A DNA stretch of 63,551 bases from Acetobacteraceae bacterium (GTDB taxonomy: Bacteria; Pseudomonadota; Alphaproteobacteria; Acetobacterales; Acetobacteraceae): the NCBI GenBank assembly GCA_036521275.1, contig DATDIC010000124.1, positions 1 to 63,551 on the forward strand. Reading direction: 5' to 3'. Under the pieces are notes generated by a model, which saw nothing but the letters and a program-made list of their open reading frames with translations, was not told the DNA's origin and made no database searches. Positions 28,427 to 38,402 of the stretch are shown here, piece by piece; within the stretch, counting starts at the first letter, position 1; the number at the start of each line of letters is the position of its first letter. The position numbers and the translations under genes are program-made.

Positions 28427-28717
28427 ATGCCGATACGCGCTCACCTCGTGCTGGCCACGGCGGCGATCGGATTGGCGGGGTGCATCTATGCGCCGCCGCC
28501 TGTACCCGTTGCGTATAATCCCTACGATCCGGGTGACCGGGCAGCGGCGGGCGCGCTGGTGGGCGCCGGAGCGGGTGCGGCACTCGGCGGCATTGCCGGC
28601 GGCGGTCGCGGAGCAGCCATCGGCGCGCTCAGCGGCGGGGCGCTGGGGGCGATTGTCGGATCAAGCGCGACTCCACCCCCGCCGTATCCCTATGCACCCT
28701 ACGGATACGGCGACTGA
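28427..28717 (+). CDS. small glycine-zipper lipoprotein
   Basis: Met60 of ORF 28250..28717, with GGAG 7 nt upstream. Lipobox LAGC. Gly-zipper run GALVGAGAGAALGGIAGGGRGAAIGALSGGALGAIVG. Confidence 0.7.
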   Translation: MPIRAHLVLATAAIGLAGCIYAPPPVPVAYNPYDPGDRAAAGALVGAGAGAALGGIAGGGRGAAIGALSGGALGAIVGSSATPPPPYPYAPYGYGD

Positions 28718-28748
28718 CCCGAAACCTTTCGTCTGGCGTCGCCGGCCC

Positions 28749-29315
28749 TCACACGGTCGGCTGTTCGGCGCCCGGTTCGAACAGCATGGCAGCGTCGATC
28801 TCCGGCTGCTCTTCTTCCTCGACACCGACGCGTTCACCGCGCGCCTGTCGTTCGGCCTCCTCCTGGCTACGCGCCACATTGACGTTGACCGGGATCAACA
28901 CCTCTGGATGCAGCACGATGCGGACCGGTGAAAGCCCAAGCGTCTTGATCGGATGGCTCAGCACGACCTGGCCGCGATCGATGGTCAGCCCGGCGGCGGT
29001 GGTCGCTTCGGCAATGTCTCGCGCGGACACCGAGCCGTACAGGCTGCCGGATTCGCCGGCCTGGCGGATGATGACGACGGACAGGCCGCCAACGCGCTCG
29101 GCGACACGTTCGGCTTCCTCGCGGCGCTTCAGATTCTGCGCTTCCAACTGCGCGCGCTGCTGCTCGAAACGCTCGCGGTTATCCTTCGTGGCGCGCAGTG
29201 CCTTCTTTTGCGGCAGCAGGAAGTTGCGCGCATAACCGGGCTTCACGCGCACGATCTCGCCCATCTGGCCGAGATGCTCCACGCGCTGCAACAGGATCAA
29301 TTCCACGGCGGGCAT
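28749..29315 (-). CDS. rplI: 50S ribosomal protein L9
   Basis: 188-aa ORF containing [36 protein letters not shown]. Last gene of the rpsF-rpsR-rplI arrangement. Confidence 0.95.
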   Translation of the reverse strand: MPAVELILLQRVEHLGQMGEIVRVKPGYARNFLLPQKKALRATKDNRERFEQQRAQLEAQNLKRREEAERVAERVGGLSVVIIRQAGESGSLYGSVSARDIAEATTAAGLTIDRGQVVLSHPIKTLGLSPVRIVLHPEVLIPVNVNVARSQEEAERQARGERVGVEEEEQPEIDAAMLFEPGAEQPTV

Positions 29316-29326
29316 GGTGCTCTCCG

Positions 29327-29602
29327 TCAGGTCACGATGTAGGGCAGCAGCGCGAGGAAGCGGGCGCGCTTGATCGCCAGCGCCAGCTCACGCTGCTTCT
29401 TGGCCGAAACGGCGGTGATGCGCGACGGCACGATCTTGCCGCGTTCGGACAGGAAGCGCGACAGCAGCCGCACATCCTTATAGTCGATCTTCGGTGCGTT
29501 GGGGCCGGAGAACGGGCAGGATTTGCGGCGCCGGTAGAACGGACGGCGGGCGCCGATCGCGGCACGGCGGGCTGCGGGATTGACGTCTGTGGTGTCGGAC
29601 AT
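29327..29602 (-). CDS. rpsR: 30S ribosomal protein S18
   Basis: 91-aa ORF containing [37 protein letters not shown]. Confidence 0.95.
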   Translation of the reverse strand: MSDTTDVNPAARRAAIGARRPFYRRRKSCPFSGPNAPKIDYKDVRLLSRFLSERGKIVPSRITAVSAKKQRELALAIKRARFLALLPYIVT

Positions 29603-29608
29603 CGGATC

Positions 29609-30073
29609 TTACTCCTCGGGGCCCGGGCGAAACTCTTCGATAACGCCTTCCCGGGCGCGGAATTCTTCACGATCGTCGTAGCCGCGGCGCCGGCCGCTGT
29701 CGAACCTTCCGGCCGGACGCGGACCACGGAAGGTGCGGTCGCGGTCATCGGACTTGCGCGACAGGATTGCCGAAGGGGCTTCCTCGATGTCGTTCACACG
29801 CAGCGTCATGTAGCGCAGCACATCTTCGTTCAGGCCGAGCTGCCGTTCCATTTCCGTGATGAAGGCCGGCCCGGCGTCGAGGCCCAGCAGCATATAGTGG
29901 CCTTTGCGGTTCTTCTTGATCCGGTAGGCCAGGCTGCGCAGGCCCCAATACTCGCGTTTCTTTACGCTGCCGCCCTCGGCCTCGAGCTGGGTGCCGATCT
30001 GGTCGGCGATGGCATCGACCTGCTGCTGCGTGACATCGTTGCGTGCGATCAGCACGCATTCATAAAGCGGCAT
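29609..30073 (-). CDS. rpsF: 30S ribosomal protein S6
   Basis: ORF 29609..30190 trimmed to Met40 (MPLYECVLIARNDVTQQQVD). Acidic/Arg-rich C-terminal tail. Confidence 0.92.
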   Translation of the reverse strand: MPLYECVLIARNDVTQQQVDAIADQIGTQLEAEGGSVKKREYWGLRSLAYRIKKNRKGHYMLLGLDAGPAFITEMERQLGLNEDVLRYMTLRVNDIEEAPSAILSRKSDDRDRTFRGPRPAGRFDSGRRRGYDDREEFRAREGVIEEFRPGPEE

Positions 30074-30230
30074 GATGACTCCCTCTGGCTGGTTCGGCCC
30101 TGGCCCGGGATGGGCCACATTCCGGGATGGAATGGCGGCATAGCCGGGGACGGCCGTCGTCCCCGGCAGGGAAGTCGCGGCGTTAAGCACGGATCGGCGG
30201 TTGCCGCAAGCTGCGGCGCGGCGCTTCCAG

Positions 30231-30935
30231 CTACGCGGCGACGTCCATCATGACCAGTTCGGCCGCTTCGTTCGCCCGGATGGTAACCTCATCCTCGTTG
30301 CGGATTTCGGCTCCGTCCCGCGTTCCCACCGGGGTCCCGTTCACCGTGACCGATCCGGTCGCGGCGACCAGGTAGCCGACGCGCCCGCGACCCATCGGCA
30401 CCCGCACCGTCTGCCCCGCGGCGAGCCTGCCCGCCAGCAGCGCCACATCCGCGTAGAGCGGCAATGCGCCCGCATCCGCGTCCTGCGGCCGCCCGCTGGC
30501 CAGCACCTGGAGACCACCTGAGGAGTCTCCGGGAAACTGCCGGGTGCCCCAGCCGGGCGTGACGCCGTGGCGGTCCGGCAGGACCCAGATCTGAAACAGC
30601 CGTGTCGGCACGCTCTCCTGGTTGTATTCCGCGTGCACGATACCGGTGCCGGCGTGCATCACCTGTATGTCGCCGGCCTCCGTGCGGCCTTCATTGCCCA
30701 GGTTGTCGCGATGGGTGATGGCGCCCTGGCGGACATAAGTGATGATCTCCATCTCCTTATGAGGATGCGGGTCGAACCCGGCCCCCGGGGCAATCTCGTC
30801 GTCGTTCCACACACGCAGGCGGCCAGCCCCCATCCGCGCCGCATCATGGTACTGGCCGAAGCTGAAGTGATGGCGGGCGTTCAGCCATTCGTTCTGGAAG
30901 CGCCCGAGGCCGGCAAACGGCCGAACTTCGATCAT
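30231..30935 (-). CDS. pirin family protein
   Basis: 234-aa ORF with a cupin metal motif context (HPHKEMEIITYV ... HAEYN). Confidence 0.9.
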   Translation of the reverse strand: MIEVRPFAGLGRFQNEWLNARHHFSFGQYHDAARMGAGRLRVWNDDEIAPGAGFDPHPHKEMEIITYVRQGAITHRDNLGNEGRTEAGDIQVMHAGTGIVHAEYNQESVPTRLFQIWVLPDRHGVTPGWGTRQFPGDSSGGLQVLASGRPQDADAGALPLYADVALLAGRLAAGQTVRVPMGRGRVGYLVAATGSVTVNGTPVGTRDGAEIRNEDEVTIRANEAAELVMMDVAA

Positions 30936-30985
30936 CGGGATACTCCTATATCATACCATTCACTATCGAATGGTTGGCGCTGCAA

Positions 30986-31477
30986 TTAGTGAGCGCCAGG
31001 CGTCTGCGCAAGAGGCTCGGGCTCGGCGGCCGCCATCCCCAGCTTGCGGAGCAGCTCCCCGAGCTGTGCCAGTTCAGCCGGGCTCAATCCGCTCATCGCC
31101 GCGGCGATCTTGCCGGCATGGGGCGGAAAGATCGCCTCGATCCGGCGCTGGCCCTCCGGTGTCAGCTCGACCCGGACAGCCCTTCGGTCGCCCGGTTTGC
31201 GGCTGCGGGACACCATGCCGCGGCGCTCGAGCTTGTCGATCACATCTGTCATGTTTCCGGCGCTGGTCAGCACTTTGCGGCCCAGCTCGCGCTGCGTCAG
31301 CGGCCCCTTGTGCAGGACCGCTTCCAGCACGCCGAGCTGGGTGAGTGTGAGTCCGGCATTCGCCAGCCCCGGCTCCAGGCGCGCGACAACGGCTTTCGCG
31401 GCGCGCAACAGCTTCACGTAAGCCCGCAGCGCCTCCACCACGGAACGATCATCCACACCGAACGGAGGTGCGGTCAA
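30986..31477 (-). CDS. MarR family transcriptional regulator
   Basis: 163-aa ORF with wHTH LTQLGVLEAVLHKGPLTQRELGRKVLTSAGNMTDVIDKLERRGMV. Lies immediately upstream of the pirin gene. Confidence 0.9.
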   Translation of the reverse strand: MTAPPFGVDDRSVVEALRAYVKLLRAAKAVVARLEPGLANAGLTLTQLGVLEAVLHKGPLTQRELGRKVLTSAGNMTDVIDKLERRGMVSRSRKPGDRRAVRVELTPEGQRRIEAIFPPHAGKIAAAMSGLSPAELAQLGELLRKLGMAAAEPEPLAQTPGAH

Positions 31478-31493
31478 AATTCCGCTCCCGCTT

Positions 31494-32360
31494 CTACCGG
31501 TTCATCATGACCGGCAGAGCCGCATTCTCCAGGACATGGCGGGTGACACCACCGAGAATGAGCTGGCGCAGACGCGAGTGCGAATAGGCTCCCATCGCCA
31601 GCAGGTCACAGCCGAACTCGCGCGCCGCAGCGAGCAGCCCGGCAGCAACGACCCCATTCACCGCCTTGAACATCATGATATCCGCATGGACACCGTGCAG
31701 CGCGAGATATGCAGCCAGCTCAGGCGCGCCCGGACCGCGCCGCTGATAGCCATCGGCTGAGAGGATGCGGACTGCCTCGGCCCGCTCCAGCCAAGGCAGC
31801 ACGCCGGCGACCGCGGAAGCGGACTCGGCGGTACCGTTCCAGCCGAGACAAATCCGGCTGCCGATGCTGCGCGGCGAGACTTGCGGAGAGAGCAGCACCG
31901 GCCGGCCGGAGTCGAACAGCACCGCATGCAATGCGTCTGACGAAGAAACATCCTCGCCTGCTTCGGGGTGCGGGACGACGGTAAGATCGGCAAGCCGGGC
32001 CTGTTGCGAAACCAGGTCCTCCTCCCGCCCGGTGACGGCGGCGAAGCTGGCTGTCGGCACATCGGCGATGCCATGCGGATCGCCGATGCGGATATCCTGC
32101 TGCGCCACGAACCGGTCGAACATGGCGCGCACGGCATGCGCGCGTTCGTTGCTTTCGCGCTCCGTGGCGGACATCATTTCCTCGATCATCGCGCCGGACA
32201 GGCCTTCACCGGCCAGCGGCGCGACGTCGCGGCTGTCGACGCGCACATGCAACGCGGTCACGTGCGCATTCCACAGGCGCGCGATCATCAGCGCGGTGGA
32301 CAATGCCGCCTCCCCGGCAGCCGTGCCGGTCAGCGGCAGCAGCAGCTTGCGGATTGCCAT
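31494..32360 (-). CDS. universal stress protein (tandem Usp domains)
   Basis: ORF 31494..32843 trimmed to ATG 32360 (MAIRKLLLPLTG). C-terminal ATP-binding-type motif GAYSHSRLRQLILGGVTRHV. Confidence 0.85.
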   Translation of the reverse strand: MAIRKLLLPLTGTAAGEAALSTALMIARLWNAHVTALHVRVDSRDVAPLAGEGLSGAMIEEMMSATERESNERAHAVRAMFDRFVAQQDIRIGDPHGIADVPTASFAAVTGREEDLVSQQARLADLTVVPHPEAGEDVSSSDALHAVLFDSGRPVLLSPQVSPRSIGSRICLGWNGTAESASAVAGVLPWLERAEAVRILSADGYQRRGPGAPELAAYLALHGVHADIMMFKAVNGVVAAGLLAAAREFGCDLLAMGAYSHSRLRQLILGGVTRHVLENAALPVMMNR

Positions 32361-32400
32361 AGCCTGCCTTCCCTTCTGTGCGCTGGTCTGGTTTGCGTTT

Positions 32401-33897
32401 CTAGCACGGCGGACGCGGTAACGACAGCGCCGTGCGAACGAGATCATGGGCGCGGGCAAGCAGCGCCGGATCGGTGGCGTCCAGGATATGCCAGTCGCGC
32501 GGCGGGATGGTGCGGACGCGCGCCGACGCCCGAAGCACCTTGGCCGTCGCATCCGAGGCATCGGCGGTACGAGCGGCAAGCCGTGCCTCCAGAACCGGGA
32601 GCGGCGCCTCCAGCCAGATCCCGACAAACGGCGTGCTGGACAGGCGTGCCGCTTCCCGAACTGCCCAACGGTGCGCCGGGTCGATAAACGTTGCGTCGGC
32701 GACGACAGCATGCCCGGCCGCAGCGGTTTCGCGAGCTGCCTCGGCCAACGAGGCGAACACCGCGGCGCTGGCCGCATCGGTGTAAGCGCCGGCGGGCAGG
32801 CGCTGCTCCGGCGGCGCACCATGCAGGCGCTTGCGTATCTCATCGCTGCGCAGCATCAGTGCGCCCGGCGCCCGGCCGAGGGTCGGCGCCAGGGCACGAC
32901 CCAGGGTGGATTTGCCGGTGCCTTGCAGGCCGCCGATGGCGACCATTACAGAAGGTGCGGGTCGCATATAATCAAGTGCGGCCTTCAGGTAGGATTGCGA
33001 CCGCTCAGGATTGCCACGGGATGCGTGCACGTGGGCGAGTATCATCGCTCGTTGCGACAGGTAAGCCGGCAGGGCGCGAATGAATCCGGCATCGCCTCGG
33101 CGAGCGATATAACGGTTGAAAACCCGGTTGGCGGCAGCGAGCGATGCTCGCTGGTCAAGGTCCATCAGCAGAAAAGCGACATCATAGCCAAGATCGATGG
33201 TCGCCATGCGCTCGTCGAACTCGAGCGCATCGAATGGAACGGGCCTGCCCCGCCAGAGACACAAATTGCCGAGGTGAAGGTCGCCATGGGCACGCCGCAC
33301 GAAGCCCCCGCGCGCACGTTCCTGCTGCCACGCGGAGAGCGAGTCGAGCGCGGTGGACACCGCCCGCTCCCATTCCGCGACCGGCTGGCTGGGCAGGCCC
33401 GCGTGCCGTGCGGAGCGCGCGTTGCCTCTGGTGACGTCCCGCATCGACCCGGCGACGTCCATGTCCGCAATCGGGCAGTGCGCATGGTATGCCGCCACGG
33501 CATCGGCGAGGGCATCGAGCATCTTGGGTTCAAGGGGCGCCGCCGCGGCCATGGCGTCGAGGAAATCACCCTTCGGTATGCGCGCCATGCGCAGCACCCA
33601 GTCGATCACCTCCGTGCCGGGCACCGCGATGTCGCCAAATCCCAATCGGCCATCGGCCTGCCGAACCACGGCAACAACATCGCGATAGAGGCCGGCGGCA
33701 GCCGGACCGTTCAGCACCAGTTCGCGCTCGGCGAAATGGCGGCGCGCCGCGACATCGGTAAAATCCAGGAACGGCAGCCGCACGGCCTTCTTGAGCTTCC
33801 AGACCGTGTCCGCCCCCACGAACACGAGCGAGATATGCGTCTCGACCGGCTCCGTGTCCGTCAGCCCGCTCAGGAACGCCACGACGTCCTGCTGCAT
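32401..33897 (-). CDS. fusion of an aminoglycoside-phosphotransferase-like kinase domain and a P-loop ATP-binding domain
   Basis: ORF trimmed to Met51 so that it starts after the pdxH stop. Kinase catalytic loop HGDLHLGNLC. Walker A GGLQGTGKST in the C-terminal third. Confidence 0.8.
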   Translation of the reverse strand: MQQDVVAFLSGLTDTEPVETHISLVFVGADTVWKLKKAVRLPFLDFTDVAARRHFAERELVLNGPAAAGLYRDVVAVVRQADGRLGFGDIAVPGTEVIDWVLRMARIPKGDFLDAMAAAAPLEPKMLDALADAVAAYHAHCPIADMDVAGSMRDVTRGNARSARHAGLPSQPVAEWERAVSTALDSLSAWQQERARGGFVRRAHGDLHLGNLCLWRGRPVPFDALEFDERMATIDLGYDVAFLLMDLDQRASLAAANRVFNRYIARRGDAGFIRALPAYLSQRAMILAHVHASRGNPERSQSYLKAALDYMRPAPSVMVAIGGLQGTGKSTLGRALAPTLGRAPGALMLRSDEIRKRLHGAPPEQRLPAGAYTDAASAAVFASLAEAARETAAAGHAVVADATFIDPAHRWAVREAARLSSTPFVGIWLEAPLPVLEARLAARTADASDATAKVLRASARVRTIPPRDWHILDATDPALLARAHDLVRTALSLPRPPC

Positions 33898-33917
33898 CGG
33901 CGGGGTATTCACTGCTG

Positions 33918-34520
33918 CTATGGAAACAGCTTGCCGACCGCCCAATGACCATCCGGCTGATGCGTGTAGGTCGTACGATCGTGCAGCCGGTAGGGCATCT
34001 CCTGCCAGAACTCGAACCGCTCGGGCACGACGCGATAGCCGGCCCAATGCGGCGGGCGGGGAATGTCGTCGCCTGAAAAACGCGCTTCACATTCGGCGAG
34101 CCGGCGCTCCAGCTCGGCGCGGTCAGCCAGTGGACGTGACTGGTCGGATGCCCAGGCGCCGAGTCGGGAAATCCGCGCCCGACTGGCGAAATAAGCATCC
34201 GCCTCGGCCGGCGAGGCCGGCTGAACGCGGCCCTCGATGCGGATTTGCCGAGCCAGAGATTTCCAATGGAACAACAAGGCGGCACGCGGGTTGGCAGACA
34301 GCTCGTCCGCCTTGCGGCTCTCGATATTGGTGTAGAAGACGAAGCCCCGCGGCTCGGCGCCGACCGGATCGACGCCTTTCAGCAGCACGATGCGCGCCGC
34401 TGGATGGCCGTCAGGTGTCGTGGTCGCCACCGTCATGGCGTTCGGCTCGTTGGGCTCCGCCGATTCAGCCTCCGCCATCCAGGCAAGAAACCGGTCAAAC
34501 GGGTCAGGTGTCTCCGGCAT
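33918..34520 (-). CDS. pdxH: pyridoxamine 5'-phosphate oxidase
   Basis: 200-aa ORF with RIVLLKGVD, FVFYTNIESRK and the C-terminal FEFWQEMPYRLHDR pattern. Confidence 0.93.
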   Translation of the reverse strand: MPETPDPFDRFLAWMAEAESAEPNEPNAMTVATTTPDGHPAARIVLLKGVDPVGAEPRGFVFYTNIESRKADELSANPRAALLFHWKSLARQIRIEGRVQPASPAEADAYFASRARISRLGAWASDQSRPLADRAELERRLAECEARFSGDDIPRPPHWAGYRVVPERFEFWQEMPYRLHDRTTYTHQPDGHWAVGKLFP

Positions 34521-34630
34521 CGGCGTAGGCTCCTGTTACCAAGAAGACGCTGGGCTCGCCAGGGCTCTGCCCCTGGACCCCGGCAAACGCAAGCCTTTGC
34601 AATCCATCCGTTTTGGATGGATCAGGGGCA

Positions 34631-34678
34631 TCGGCGGTGCCGACCGATCAGACCGTCGGCGGTGCCGACCGATCAGAC
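34631..34678. repeat. tandem direct duplication (period 25 nt) with internal GTCGGC/GCCGAC hairpins
   Basis: TCGGCGGTGCCGACCGATCAGAC occurs at 34631-34653 and again at 34656-34678. The second copy contains the stop codon of the 34673..35275 gene. Confidence 0.85.
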
Positions 34679-35275
34679 AGGGCGGCAAACGGGAGCTTGT
34701 TCGTCGATGCGGCGCCATCCGGTCAGAAGCCGGCGCGTCGTGGTCTCGAACCAGAACACATTGCCGCCTCCCCCAGCGGGCTGATCCTCTGTCCGGCTGA
34801 TCGGCACGCCCTTCAGATGACACAACAGGAGCGCGCCAACGCCGCCGTGCGAGATGATGGCTATGTCACCATCCTCCGGCGCCATGGAAATGGCCCGATC
34901 CACGGCTCCCACGATCCTGGCTTGAGCATCGATGGCTCGCTCCCATCCGCGTACGCTTTCCGCCGGACGTCCGAAGAATTGGTCTGCAACGACCTCAAAT
35001 TCGACCTTCTGCAGATAACCGGTCGCCGACCGTTCGTTCTCGCCTAGACCATCGATGACAACTGGCAACAGGGACAGATGATCGGCCATGATGCCTGCGG
35101 TGTCCCTGGCCTTTTGCTCGGCACTGCAGAAGATGGCACGCACTCTCGCGACCCAGGGTTGTCCAAGCATCATTCTCGTCCGGCGGATGCCCTCGGACGA
35201 TAGCGGCCACGCCGTTACTGGCACGGTCGGATCGATCACCACCTCCGGATGCGTAATGAAGTGGGCAATGGCCAT
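34673..35275 (-). CDS. histidine phosphatase (phosphoglycerate-mutase-like) family protein
   Basis: ORF 34673..35545 trimmed to Met91 (MAIAHFITHPEVVIDP). A later ISHGGV motif is present. The family assignment is tentative. Confidence 0.65.
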   Translation of the reverse strand: MAIAHFITHPEVVIDPTVPVTAWPLSSEGIRRTRMMLGQPWVARVRAIFCSAEQKARDTAGIMADHLSLLPVVIDGLGENERSATGYLQKVEFEVVADQFFGRPAESVRGWERAIDAQARIVGAVDRAISMAPEDGDIAIISHGGVGALLLCHLKGVPISRTEDQPAGGGGNVFWFETTTRRLLTGWRRIDEQAPVCRPV

Positions 35276-35507
35276 TACGCTGCTCTCGGCCAGGAATCGA
35301 TGCGCTTCACGGTACCGGCGACGGTCTTCCCGCCGCGCCCGTCTCCAGCTCGTCTCGCAAAAGCGCAATATCCGGGCCCGCGAGGCCAGCGAGTGAACCC
35401 CGTAGAGTGTCGGTGTGCCATAAAGCCATCTATCCTGACATATGCCATCAGCGTTCCTCGTATGCGCTGTGCAATGGATAGCGGCGGATTGTAAAGTGGG
35501 AACCGTT

Positions 35508-36317
35508 ATGGCCGTGATCACCGCTATCGCAACCTGGAGCCTCATCGCGTTTGGACTGCTGTTGCTTGTTGCCCAGCTCGCCGCGCATGAATTTGGCTAT
35601 CGGCTTGGCCGTCGCCGTGCCGCACGAAACGACGCAGACGGAGTTGGAACGATCGTCAGCGCCATGCTCGCGTTGCTGGCCTTCGTGCTCGCGCTCACCT
35701 TGTCCTTTGCAACGAACCGCTTTAGCGAGCGACGCGCAGGATCACTCGCTGAGGCCAACGCCATCGGCACCGCATGGCTGCGCGCCGAGGCAATCGGTAC
35801 CGCAGCGGGATTCGAGATCGCACGATTGCTGGAAGAATATACCAAGCTGAGGATGGCATTCGTCCGCAGCGGTAGAGATCCTGCCGCACTAAACGATATT
35901 GATCGACGCACCAACACATTACAGACCGCGATCTGGGGCCATGTCGCCGCCATCGTTCGGGAGCAGCCGAACCCTGCCGTGACGTCCCTGATGTCCGCCG
36001 TCAACAATACCTTTGATATGACGGCAGCCACACGCTTTGCCTATGATTACCGCATCCCCTCTCAGGTCATCTGGCTGCTCATCAGCATGGCGTTGTTGGG
36101 CATGGGAGCGCTAGGCTACCAATTGGGCCTCAAGGGCGGGTCGTTCCGCGTTCTGATAACATTGCTCACGGTGATGTGGACCGTCGTCATCGTCGATATC
36201 TTCGATCTCGCATCTCCAAGGATTGGCACCCTCCGCACCAGCACCGCAGTATATGAATGGACGCTGGAGGGGTTTAAGGGCAGTGTGCCTATCCCGCCTT
36301 CTCCCCATCCGCAGTGA
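35508..36317 (+). CDS. integral membrane protein of unknown function (possibly DUF4239/bestrophin-like)
   Basis: ORF 35442..36317 trimmed to Met23. Two N-terminal and two C-terminal hydrophobic helices flank a soluble middle segment. Confidence 0.6.
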   Translation: MAVITAIATWSLIAFGLLLLVAQLAAHEFGYRLGRRRAARNDADGVGTIVSAMLALLAFVLALTLSFATNRFSERRAGSLAEANAIGTAWLRAEAIGTAAGFEIARLLEEYTKLRMAFVRSGRDPAALNDIDRRTNTLQTAIWGHVAAIVREQPNPAVTSLMSAVNNTFDMTAATRFAYDYRIPSQVIWLLISMALLGMGALGYQLGLKGGSFRVLITLLTVMWTVVIVDIFDLASPRIGTLRTSTAVYEWTLEGFKGSVPIPPSPHPQ

Positions 36318-36412
36318 ACCCGCCTGGCACGGCACAGGAGCAAAACCCCTGGCTCTTGCCCCGCTGTGCGGCCCTGTGCCACCACGCTGAGCACAACCCC
36401 CAGGGAGCGCGC

Positions 36413-37243
36413 ATGCCCGATCTTCCATTGCCCGGTACGCTGATGCAAGGGCGCCGCGGCCTGATCATGGGGGTGGCGAACGATCGTTCGCTGGGATGGG
36501 GCATCGCGGCCGCCTGCGCCGCTCAAGGAGCCGAACTGGCGTTCACCTTTCAGGGTGACGCGCTGGAACGGCGGGTGCGTCCGCTGGCGGCGTCTGTCGG
36601 GTCCGCGCTGGTGTTTCCATGCGATGTTTCCGATGAATCGAGCATCGATACGGCTTTCGGCGCTCTGAAGGACGCATGGGGCCACCTGGACTTCCTGGTC
36701 CATGCCATCAGCTTTGCCGACAAGAACTATCTGCGCGGCCGATATCTCGACACGCCGAGGGCGGCATTCCTGTATTCCATGGATGTGTCCTGCTACTCAT
36801 TCACAGCCGTGGCCCAGCGCGCCGTGCCGATGATGCGCCCCGGCGGCAGCCTGCTGACGCTGACCTATCTCGGCGCCGAGCGCTGGACGCCGCACTACAA
36901 CGTCATGGGCGTGGCCAAGGCCGCGCTGGAGGCGTCGGTACGGTACATGGCGGCCGATCTCGGTTCCGACGGAATCCGCGTCAATGCGATCAGCGCCGGC
37001 CCGATCAAGACGCTGGCCGCTTCCGGGATTGGCGATTTCCGTTACATCCTGCGGTGGAACCAGTTGAACTCGCCGATGCGGCGCAACGTGACCATCGAAG
37101 AGGTCGGCGGCGCAGGCGTGTATCTCCTGTCCGACCTGTCGGCGGGCGTGACCGGCGAAGTGCACCACGTGGATTGCGGCTATCATATCGTCGGCATGAA
37201 GCACCCGGACGCGCCCGACATTGCGGTGGTGGAGGGATCATGA
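36413..37243 (+). CDS. fabI: enoyl-[acyl-carrier-protein] reductase (NADH)
   Basis: ORF trimmed to Met34. Motifs [13 protein letters not shown] and Tyr-x6-Lys ([12 protein letters not shown]). Alternative start at Met44 (36443). Confidence 0.92.
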   Translation: MPDLPLPGTLMQGRRGLIMGVANDRSLGWGIAAACAAQGAELAFTFQGDALERRVRPLAASVGSALVFPCDVSDESSIDTAFGALKDAWGHLDFLVHAISFADKNYLRGRYLDTPRAAFLYSMDVSCYSFTAVAQRAVPMMRPGGSLLTLTYLGAERWTPHYNVMGVAKAALEASVRYMAADLGSDGIRVNAISAGPIKTLAASGIGDFRYILRWNQLNSPMRRNVTIEEVGGAGVYLLSDLSAGVTGEVHHVDCGYHIVGMKHPDAPDIAVVEGS

Positions 37244-37298
37244 GCGATCAGCCCTATACTTGCGAATCCAACGATATCCGCACCCCCGAAGCTCCGAC

Positions 37299-38402
37299 GT
37301 GAGCCATAACAGCTTCGGACACCTGTTCCGCGTCACCACCTGGGGCGAGAGCCACGGCCTCGCGATTGGCTGCGTGGTGGATGGCTGTCCGCCCCGCATC
37401 AAGCTGACCGAGTCGGATATCCAGCCCTGGCTGGATCGCCGCCGCCCCGGCCAGTCGCGCTTCACCACGCAGCGACAGGAGCCCGACCAGGTACGCATCC
37501 TGTCCGGCGTGTTTGACGGTGTGACCACCGGCACGCCGATCGCCCTGGTGATAGAGAACGTCGATCAGCGATCCCGCGATTATGGCGAGATCGCCGCCAA
37601 GTTCCGGCCAGGGCATGCCGACCTGACCTATGAGCTGAAATACGGCATCCGCGACTATCGCGGCGGCGGCCGATCCTCGGCACGCGAAACGGCTATGCGC
37701 GTCGCCGCCGGCGCGGTTGCACGCAAGGTGCTGGGTGCCGGGGTCCATATCCGCGGCGCATTGGTGCAGATGGGCCCGCACCAGGTCGACCGCGCCCGAT
37801 GGGATTGGGAATCGGTGGATCAGAACCCGTTCTTCTGCCCCGATCCGATCGCCGCAACGGAATGGGAGGGAATCCTTGCCGAGGTCCGCAAACAGGGCTC
37901 GTCGCTCGGGGCCGTGATCGAGGTGGTGGCAGAGGGTGTTCCGCCCGGGCTGGGAGCGCCGGTTTACGCCAAGCTGGACGCGGACATCGCCGCCGCCCTG
38001 ATGTCGATCAATGCCGTGAAAGGGGTGGAGATCGGCGACGGATTTGCCGCCGCTTCGCTGCGCGGGGAGCAGAACGCGGACGAGATGCGCATGGAGCACG
38101 GCGTGGTTGCGTTCGATTCCAACCACGCCGGCGGCATCCTGGGCGGCATCTCCAGCGGGCAGCCGATCGTGGCGCGTTTCGCAGTGAAGCCCACCAGCTC
38201 GATCCTGACCCCGCGGCGCACGGTGAACCGGGCGGGCGAGGAAACCGAGATCACCACCAAGGGCCGCCACGATCCTTGCGTCGGACTCCGTGCCGTGCCG
38301 GTGGGCGAGGCAATGCTGGCCTGCGTGCTGGCGGACCATCTGCTGCGCCATCGCGCCCAGAACCCGGACGCGCCGGAGACAGCGCGGTTGCCGCGCAATT
38401 AG
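37299..38402 (+). CDS. aroC: chorismate synthase
   Basis: GTG 37299 gives the canonical N-terminus [19 protein letters not shown]. Motif [11 protein letters not shown] is present. Confidence 0.93.
   Translation: MSHNSFGHLFRVTTWGESHGLAIGCVVDGCPPRIKLTESDIQPWLDRRRPGQSRFTTQRQEPDQVRILSGVFDGVTTGTPIALVIENVDQRSRDYGEIAAKFRPGHADLTYELKYGIRDYRGGGRSSARETAMRVAAGAVARKVLGAGVHIRGALVQMGPHQVDRARWDWESVDQNPFFCPDPIAATEWEGILAEVRKQGSSLGAVIEVVAEGVPPGLGAPVYAKLDADIAAALMSINAVKGVEIGDGFAAASLRGEQNADEMRMEHGVVAFDSNHAGGILGGISSGQPIVARFAVKPTSSILTPRRTVNRAGEETEITTKGRHDPCVGLRAVPVGEAMLACVLADHLLRHRAQNPDAPETARLPRN

Noticed and set aside
26410-28518. 702-aa plus-strand ORF overlapping ggt in another frame
   Set aside because: It is out of frame with the GGT homologue, which carries the family motifs. 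The translation is an Arg/Pro/Gly-rich run with no domain-like features.
30074-30230. S6:S18 autoregulatory leader upstream of rpsF
   Set aside because: It is plausible from position, but I cannot verify the motif without a covariance-model search. Only the hairpin at 30144-30166 is reported, as an observation.
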